A DNA stretch of 32,000 bases, taken from an archaeon (GTDB lineage: Archaea; Asgardarchaeota; Thorarchaeia; Thorarchaeales; Thorarchaeaceae). The stretch is from assembly GCA_024275415.1 (NCBI GenBank), contig JAJRZD010000091.1, positions 60,001-92,000 on the forward strand, written 5' to 3'. Under the pieces are notes generated by a model. The model did no database searches. It had not been told where the DNA came from and worked only from the letters and a program-made list of their open reading frames with translations. Shown here piece by piece: positions 26,944 to 32,000 of the stretch (the stretch's first letter is position 1; the number at the start of each line of letters is the position of its first letter). The position numbers and the translations under genes are program-made.

Positions 26944-28476
26944 ATGGCGGTTGTGATTGACGGAAACACCCTTACAATTGAGGATGTAGTGAATGTCGCA
27001 AGACATAATTTCAAGGTTCTTCTTTCTAATGGGGCAAGAAAACGGGTTCTGCTGAGCCGAAATGTGGTAGACCGTGCGCTAGAGGAAGGACGTACCGTCT
27101 ATGGTGTGAACACTGGCTTTGGAGACCTCGCCAACGTTTCTATAGGCAGTGATGACCTGGCCGCCCTGCAAGTGAATCTTATCAGAAGTCATAGCGTCGG
27201 AGTTGGCAGTCCATTCCCATCCGAAGTTGTACGTGGGATGATGGTTCTGAGAGCGAACGCATTGGCAAAGGGATTCTCTGGAGTCCGAGTGGAAGTCATT
27301 GAAACGTTGCTTGAGATGCTGAACAAGGGTGTTGTGCCAGTCGTACCTGAACAGGGGTCTGTAGGGTCAAGCGGCGATCTTGCTCCTCTGGCGCATATGG
27401 TTCTAGTGATGATTGGTGAAGGCGAGGCTCTCTATGATGGCATGCGGATGGATGGGAGTGATGCTTTAAAGAAAGCAGGAATCAAGCCACTTGCGCTGCA
27501 GGCAAAGGAAGGTGTGGCCCTCATCAACGGCACTCAACCAATGACCGCGATTGCAGTGCTTACAGTCCATGATTCCATGCGACTTGTGCGGAACGCTTTA
27601 ATTGGCGCTGCTATGTCTCTGGAGGCGCTCAAAGGAACCAGGGCCGCATTCGATAAGAGGATTCATGACCTCCGTCCCCATGAGGGACAGAATGACATTG
27701 CTGATGCCATGCTCAGCCTTCTTCAAGACAGCGAGATCAACCGTTCACATGTCGATTGTGGAAAGGTTCAGGATGCCTATTCACTTCGGTGCATACCTCA
27801 AGTCCTCGGTGCATCTCTAGATACGATTCGTTATGTGCGGAGTGTCATCGAAACCGAGATTAACTCTGCCACCGACAACCCGTTAGTCTTTCCCGATGAT
27901 TATGATGTCATCTCAGGGGGCAATTTTCACGGCCAGCCAATTGCGCTTGTCATGGACTTCCTTGGCATCGCCCTTTCGGAGATAGCGAACGTTTCTGAAA
28001 GAAGAATCAACAGATTGGTGAATCCTGATCTGAGTGGTCTTCCGGCGTTCCTTATCGAGGATAGCGGGCTCCGTTCAGGTATGATGATCGTTCAGTACAC
28101 AGCCGCTGCATTAGTTTCTGAGAACAAGGTGTTAGCCCATCCCGCGAGTGTTGATTCGATACCTACTAGTGCTGACCAAGAAGATCATGTCAGCATGGGA
28201 ACTATCGCAGCAAGAAAGGCACGGAAGATTCTCGAAAATGTAACAAATGTCATTGCCATTGAGATTCTCTGTGCGGCGCAAGGTATTGACCTCCTCTCTC
28301 CTCTCAAACCCTCTGAACCTCTGCAGAATGTGTTAGAAACGATACGAAGCAATGTTACGAAGTTAGAGGAGGATCGGGCACTGCACAAAGACATAGCACA
28401 GATTCGGAATATGATTCTCTCAAACATGCTTGTGGATGGAGTGGAAGAAGCAGGAATAGTCCTGTTAGAGGAGTAA
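26944..28476 (+). CDS. hutH: Histidine ammonia-lyase (Ser-Ser-Gly MIO variant)
   Basis: YGVNTGFG, LIRSHSVG (the His-specific SH pair), GSVGSSGDLAPLAH, KEGVALING, QDAYSLRC, NFHGQP, QEDHVSMG. Confidence 0.96.
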   Translation: MAVVIDGNTLTIEDVVNVARHNFKVLLSNGARKRVLLSRNVVDRALEEGRTVYGVNTGFGDLANVSIGSDDLAALQVNLIRSHSVGVGSPFPSEVVRGMMVLRANALAKGFSGVRVEVIETLLEMLNKGVVPVVPEQGSVGSSGDLAPLAHMVLVMIGEGEALYDGMRMDGSDALKKAGIKPLALQAKEGVALINGTQPMTAIAVLTVHDSMRLVRNALIGAAMSLEALKGTRAAFDKRIHDLRPHEGQNDIADAMLSLLQDSEINRSHVDCGKVQDAYSLRCIPQVLGASLDTIRYVRSVIETEINSATDNPLVFPDDYDVISGGNFHGQPIALVMDFLGIALSEIANVSERRINRLVNPDLSGLPAFLIEDSGLRSGMMIVQYTAAALVSENKVLAHPASVDSIPTSADQEDHVSMGTIAARKARKILENVTNVIAIEILCAAQGIDLLSPLKPSEPLQNVLETIRSNVTKLEEDRALHKDIAQIRNMILSNMLVDGVEEAGIVLLEE

Positions 28477-28581
28477 TGCCTGGAAAACATCATATTCCCT
28501 GATGATGCTAGGAGATAACCCTGATTGTTTCTTTTATTGATGGGCACAATCTCACATGTAATCCAGTGCCAATCGTGAAAG

Positions 28582-28622
28582 TTTATGTAGGCCTGAGATA
28601 ACGAATTGTTAGACATGTCTAA
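28582..28622 (+). promoter_or_regulatory. TATA-like box and perfect 14-bp palindrome; likely auto-regulatory operator of the DtxR-family gene
   Basis: TTTATGTA at 28582-28589, preceded by purine-rich GAAAG. TTAGACATGTCTAA at 28609-28622 overlaps the expected TSS. Confidence 0.55.
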
Positions 28623-28646
28623 AAAATAGAAGTCAGGTGACAGCGT

Positions 28647-29081
28647 TTGGCAGATCTATCGAAGGCTATGGAGCAATATTTGGAAACAATCCACAGGATT
28701 GAACGTGAGGGTGGGACTGCAAGTGTTTCTGACATTGCAGAAGTGATGGGCGTTAAAGCTCCAAGTGTGACTTATGTGATGCAAAAGTTGTCACAGCCCG
28801 AATATGGATTGGTCAATTACGAAAAATACAATCGTGCGGTTTCACTGACCGAAAAAGGGCGTAGTATCGCTATGCGATTGGAAAATATCCATTCAACTCT
28901 TCGATGGTTCTTTGAGATGATCGGACTAGACCCTCAAATTGCGGATACAGATGCCTGCGAGATTGAACATTTTATGCATCCTGAAACTGTGGCGAAATTG
29001 CTAGAATTTGTCGAATGGGTGCGAGATGAGCCGGAGGCAGGTGAAATGCTTCTGAGCTTCAGGGAAGCAAAGTATGGCTGA
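28647..29081 (+). CDS. DtxR/MntR-family metal-dependent transcriptional regulator (no SH3 domain)
   Basis: EQYLETI, wHTH DIAEVMGVKAPSVT, LTEKG, DACEIEH. 144 aa. Confidence 0.92.
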   Translation: MADLSKAMEQYLETIHRIEREGGTASVSDIAEVMGVKAPSVTYVMQKLSQPEYGLVNYEKYNRAVSLTEKGRSIAMRLENIHSTLRWFFEMIGLDPQIADTDACEIEHFMHPETVAKLLEFVEWVRDEPEAGEMLLSFREAKYG

Positions 29082-29089
29082 ATGGACTA

Positions 29090-30361
29090 TTAGGTTCCGA
29101 ACCTAGTATGTACTACCTGTCCGTTCACAATGACTGTATGGACAAGATTCATCCCGAACCTGTATGCGAGGTATTCTGGATTCGGGCAATCTAAGATTAT
29201 TATATCAGCGCGTTTTCCTACTTCTATGCTTCCCAATCTATCGGCCTTGTCAATCGCATGTGCCGCATTGATTGTCAGGGCTGAGATGACTTCTCTGGGA
29301 TGCATCTTCATCTTATAACAAGCCAATGCGGTCGTGAAGAATAGTGACTCGTTCGCACAATTTGGGTTGAAGTCGGTTGCGAGTGCCACTGGTAGCTCCA
29401 TCTCTATCATCTCTCTTGCCCGAGCATACTCGGTGTCTAAGCTAAAGGCTGTGCCAGGGAGCAATGTGGCTATCGTCCCTGCCTTCCTCATCGCTTCCAG
29501 CCCATCATCAGAGGCCATCAATAGATGATCTGCAGAAACCGCCCCGACCTCCGCGGCCAGCTCAGCACCTCCCAGCTGGACTATCTCATCAGCATGTACC
29601 TTGAGTTTCATCCCGTGTTCTTTTCCCTTGAGGAGAATCCTTCTGGACTGCTCCACGTCAAAAACTCCCTTCTCACAGAATACATCGCAGAACTCGGCTG
29701 TACCACTCCTAGCTACTGCAGGAATCATCTCTTCCACGATCACATCAACATAGTCCTCTGTGCGCCCCTCATACTCGGGAGGCACTGCATGTGCTCCCAA
29801 AAAAGTCGAGGTTATCTCTGTAGGCAGCATGTCCCGTAGGTCATTGATAGCCTGTAGCATCTTGATTTCGTTCTTCGTGTCAAGACCATATCCACTCTTG
29901 GCTTCGATTGCCGTAGTTCCCTCTTGGATCATCCTCTGGGCAAAACCAAATGCATTGCCTGTCAGAGTCATTTGGCTGGCATCTCTGGTTGCACGAAGCG
30001 TATTGAGTATGCCACCGCCCGCATTGAGGATCTCCATGTATGACATTCCATCCAATTTCATGGCAAAGTCCTGTTCACGAGATCCCGCAAACAGAAGATG
30101 GGTGTGACTATCAACGAACCCTGGCAAGACCAGCATACTTGGAAGATCCATCTGTGAAAATGTATCGCTCTCGATATCACTCAAGACATCTTTTGTTGTG
30201 CCCACAGCTGTAATGATTCCGTTGCTTATCGCTATGGCTCCATCTTCGATTATCGAGAGCTCCTTCATATCTGCCCCTGTCTTGGGACTATCACTATATC
30301 CCGCCAGTGTGGCAACCTGCTTGATATTTGTGAGCACAAGATTCGGACTCATGACAATCAC
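29090..30361 (-). CDS. hutI: Imidazolonepropionase
   Basis: PGFVDSHTH, EAKSGYGL, DVFCEKG, KVHADE, SADHL, ATDFNP. Start is GTG 30361 or ATG 30352. Confidence 0.96.
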   Translation of the reverse strand: MIVMSPNLVLTNIKQVATLAGYSDSPKTGADMKELSIIEDGAIAISNGIITAVGTTKDVLSDIESDTFSQMDLPSMLVLPGFVDSHTHLLFAGSREQDFAMKLDGMSYMEILNAGGGILNTLRATRDASQMTLTGNAFGFAQRMIQEGTTAIEAKSGYGLDTKNEIKMLQAINDLRDMLPTEITSTFLGAHAVPPEYEGRTEDYVDVIVEEMIPAVARSGTAEFCDVFCEKGVFDVEQSRRILLKGKEHGMKLKVHADEIVQLGGAELAAEVGAVSADHLLMASDDGLEAMRKAGTIATLLPGTAFSLDTEYARAREMIEMELPVALATDFNPNCANESLFFTTALACYKMKMHPREVISALTINAAHAIDKADRLGSIEVGKRADIIILDCPNPEYLAYRFGMNLVHTVIVNGQVVHTRFGT

Positions 30362-30456
30362 ATTGTGGTACTCATATGAGACCTGTATATTTATGATACC
30401 ATTTGGGTGGGATTAATTAGGGAGTGCGATGAGCACCCAGCAAATCACACAGGCAG

Positions 30457-31047
30457 TTGCAACAAATGGAGTATCTCATTCTCAGTTGGGACGACGTCTA
30501 CAACCTGACCCTACAGCTCTCCGAGCGGATCGTTGAGAGCGGGTTTGTGCCAGATCTTATAGTCGGTATAGCTCGAGGAGGCTGGATTCCAGCACGTATC
30601 TTGTCTGATGTCCTGTATGCCCATGCTATGTTCAATGTGCGTATCGAGTATTATACAGACTTGGGAATACATGGCAGGGAGCCTAAGATAACTCAACCAT
30701 TGTCCGTCCCTATCGAGGGCAAGAATGTGTTGATAATAGATGAAGTCGCTGACTCGGGTGAGAGCTTGCATCATGCCATCGAGTATATCCAGAGTCTGGG
30801 AGTCAAGGAAGTAAGGAGTGCCGTGCTTCATCTCAAGCCGACTTCTCGGGTTGTCCCTGACTTCTACATGCAATGTGTGACCAGCTGGACTGTGTATCCG
30901 TGGGAGCTCCGCGAGTCCATCATCGCACTCGTACAGAAGTTCAAGGATGAAGACCCTACTATGGATATGAAGGCAATTCGAAACAAGTTGGTTTTCGAAG
31001 TGGGATTCGATCCGACTGTGGCTGATTACTTTATTAAACGTCTTTGA
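30457..31047 (+). CDS. Type I phosphoribosyltransferase (purine PRT-like)
   Basis: IVGIARGGWIPA, PRPP-binding VLIIDEVADSGES, PDFY, VYPWE. The start may be ATG 30466. Confidence 0.92.
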   Translation: MQQMEYLILSWDDVYNLTLQLSERIVESGFVPDLIVGIARGGWIPARILSDVLYAHAMFNVRIEYYTDLGIHGREPKITQPLSVPIEGKNVLIIDEVADSGESLHHAIEYIQSLGVKEVRSAVLHLKPTSRVVPDFYMQCVTSWTVYPWELRESIIALVQKFKDEDPTMDMKAIRNKLVFEVGFDPTVADYFIKRL

Positions 31048-31066
31048 ATCAAACTGAGGGAATGAC

Positions 31067-31648
31067 TTGCTAGTAGACCGTTTAATTGCTCCCGAAGGCC
31101 CGTTATTCGTAGGGGTTTCAGAGCTTGAGAATGAAAAGAACCTTACAAAAGACGAATTGATTGCTATTGCTGTGAACAATGCCTGCGATGTGCTGGCGAT
31201 GCAGCTGTTCGACTCATCTCTCATTGTTGACGCGCACCACCTTGTTGTTGCCGCTCAGAATGCCGTCAATGCATGGTACGGGAAATATGCTCAGGCAAGG
31301 TCTCTCGACGTAGAGATTGCCATCTTTGCATCGGGGCAAAATCAGATTGGGAAAGCACTCGATACCTTTGGAGTGAAAGATAATCTGAAGCAAATCGCAG
31401 TGGTGATAATTAGTAATGATAAGGATGTAATTAGGAGATGCCTGATCAATCTACAGGAAAAAGTTGGTTCTCCTCTTCAAGTCCAGTTTGCATCTGACCT
31501 GTGTCGTTTCAAATCTATCATGCGTGTATTTGACATCAATGAGCAGGAACTTGAAGCAATCTCTGAGGGGGTAGGAGCCATCAGCACTCGAGAAGCATTG
31601 TTGCGGTGCGTCGCAAGTCGAGTCAGTACTGTCGCTTTAGAAGCATAG
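31067..31648 (+). CDS. cgi121: KEOPS complex subunit Cgi121
   Basis: QLFDSSLIVDAHHL...ARSLDVEIAIFASGQNQIGKAL..FGV. Confidence 0.9.
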   Translation: MLVDRLIAPEGPLFVGVSELENEKNLTKDELIAIAVNNACDVLAMQLFDSSLIVDAHHLVVAAQNAVNAWYGKYAQARSLDVEIAIFASGQNQIGKALDTFGVKDNLKQIAVVIISNDKDVIRRCLINLQEKVGSPLQVQFASDLCRFKSIMRVFDINEQELEAISEGVGAISTREALLRCVASRVSTVALEA

Positions 31649-31658
31649 CACACTTCTC

Positions 31659-32000
31659 TCAATACATATCGTCACGCATTGCCATAATTGAAAGGATATC
31701 CTCCCTCGGGTCGAGCACAGAGATTCCTGTTAAGGTTCCCACGATTTCAATCCAGACTGTCTTGTCAGGATTATCCAAGTCGACGCTTCTGGGGATGACT
31801 GATGCCACAGCCTTTACCACATCCATATGCTCAAGGTCGGTATGTCTTCTCCGTACAGTGACCCTGAACGTTTCATTAGTCCCTATCTTTTCGCGCAGCC
31901 TTTCAGCCGATCGTACGATATCTTCGATATTTGATGGGACACACACCTCCAGCGGAGTGAATCGTATTGCATATCTGAACTGATATGCATTTTCCAACGC
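31659..32000 (-). CDS. THUMP-domain protein, 3' part (5' end lies beyond the window)
   Basis: TFRVTVRRR and VDLDNPDKTVWIEIVG are THUMP signatures. The frame stays open at the window edge. Confidence 0.85.
   Translation of the reverse strand, partial: ALENAYQFRYAIRFTPLEVCVPSNIEDIVRSAERLREKIGTNETFRVTVRRRHTDLEHMDVVKAVASVIPRSVDLDNPDKTVWIEIVGTLTGISVLDPREDILSIMAMRDDMY

Noticed and set aside
28500-28524. C/D-box sRNA (TGATGA...CTGA)
   Set aside because: Only about 15 nt between the boxes, with no internal C'/D' pair; too short.
8460-29092. Global reassignment of TAA to a sense codon
   Set aside because: TAA ends rrp42, hutH, hutI, ecfT and others at their expected lengths.
30371-30380. CTCATATGAG palindrome upstream of hutI as a hut operator
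   Set aside because: No matching copy upstream of hutU or hutH.
30429-30536. Out-of-frame ATG with SD upstream of the PRT gene (uORF or another frameshift)
   Set aside because: The PRT is complete from ATG 30466 (MEYLILSW), and nothing shows that the upstream frame is coding.
30511-31224. 237-aa minus-strand ORF, and similar antisense or alternate-frame ORFs (e.g. 18933-19469, 19599-20177, 24535-25095, 5352-5834, 15287-15727)
   Set aside because: They fully overlap well-supported genes and carry no motifs; shadow ORFs.
1-32000. CRISPR arrays, tRNA/rRNA genes, IS elements, inteins, tandem repeats
   Set aside because: None seen by eye. Intergenic gaps are all under 200 bp and no protein has an intein-sized insertion. 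tRNAscan-SE/Infernal were not run.

Overview
A gene-dense archaeal chromosomal window of about 37 CDS. I found no rRNA, tRNA, CRISPR array or mobile element. Gene content and style suggest an Asgard archaeon, possibly Thorarchaeia-like; that is my inference and needs a phylogeny. In order, the window holds: a membrane-anchored SF2 helicase; a group 3b NiFe sulfhydrogenase operon (hydBGDA) whose large subunit is broken by one in-frame TAA; an AEC transporter; a divergent znuA/znuCB metal ABC system; the archaeal proteasome/exosome superoperon (psmA-SBDS-rrp4-rrp41-rrp42-rpl37ae-Brix-pcc1-pfdB-DUF3194-DHH, lacking rpoP); an ECF module; two unknown genes; a histidine-utilisation cluster (hutU, hutH, hutI) interleaved with an uncharacterised HPPD/VOC-like metalloprotein and a DtxR-family regulator; then a phosphoribosyltransferase, cgi121 and a partial THUMP gene. 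Four leads stand out. (1) Two in-frame TAA codons, in hydA and rrp41, are followed by CA and by sequence that still looks coding, whereas all seven clear TAA stops are followed by T or A; this is either context-dependent readthrough or sequence error. (2) The HPPD/VOC-like enzyme inside a hut cluster that lacks hutG. (3) Long acidic tails on Rrp4, Rrp41 and L37Ae. (4) Structured intergenic RNAs before rpl37ae and pfdB. All homology calls come from motif recognition by eye; no searches were run.
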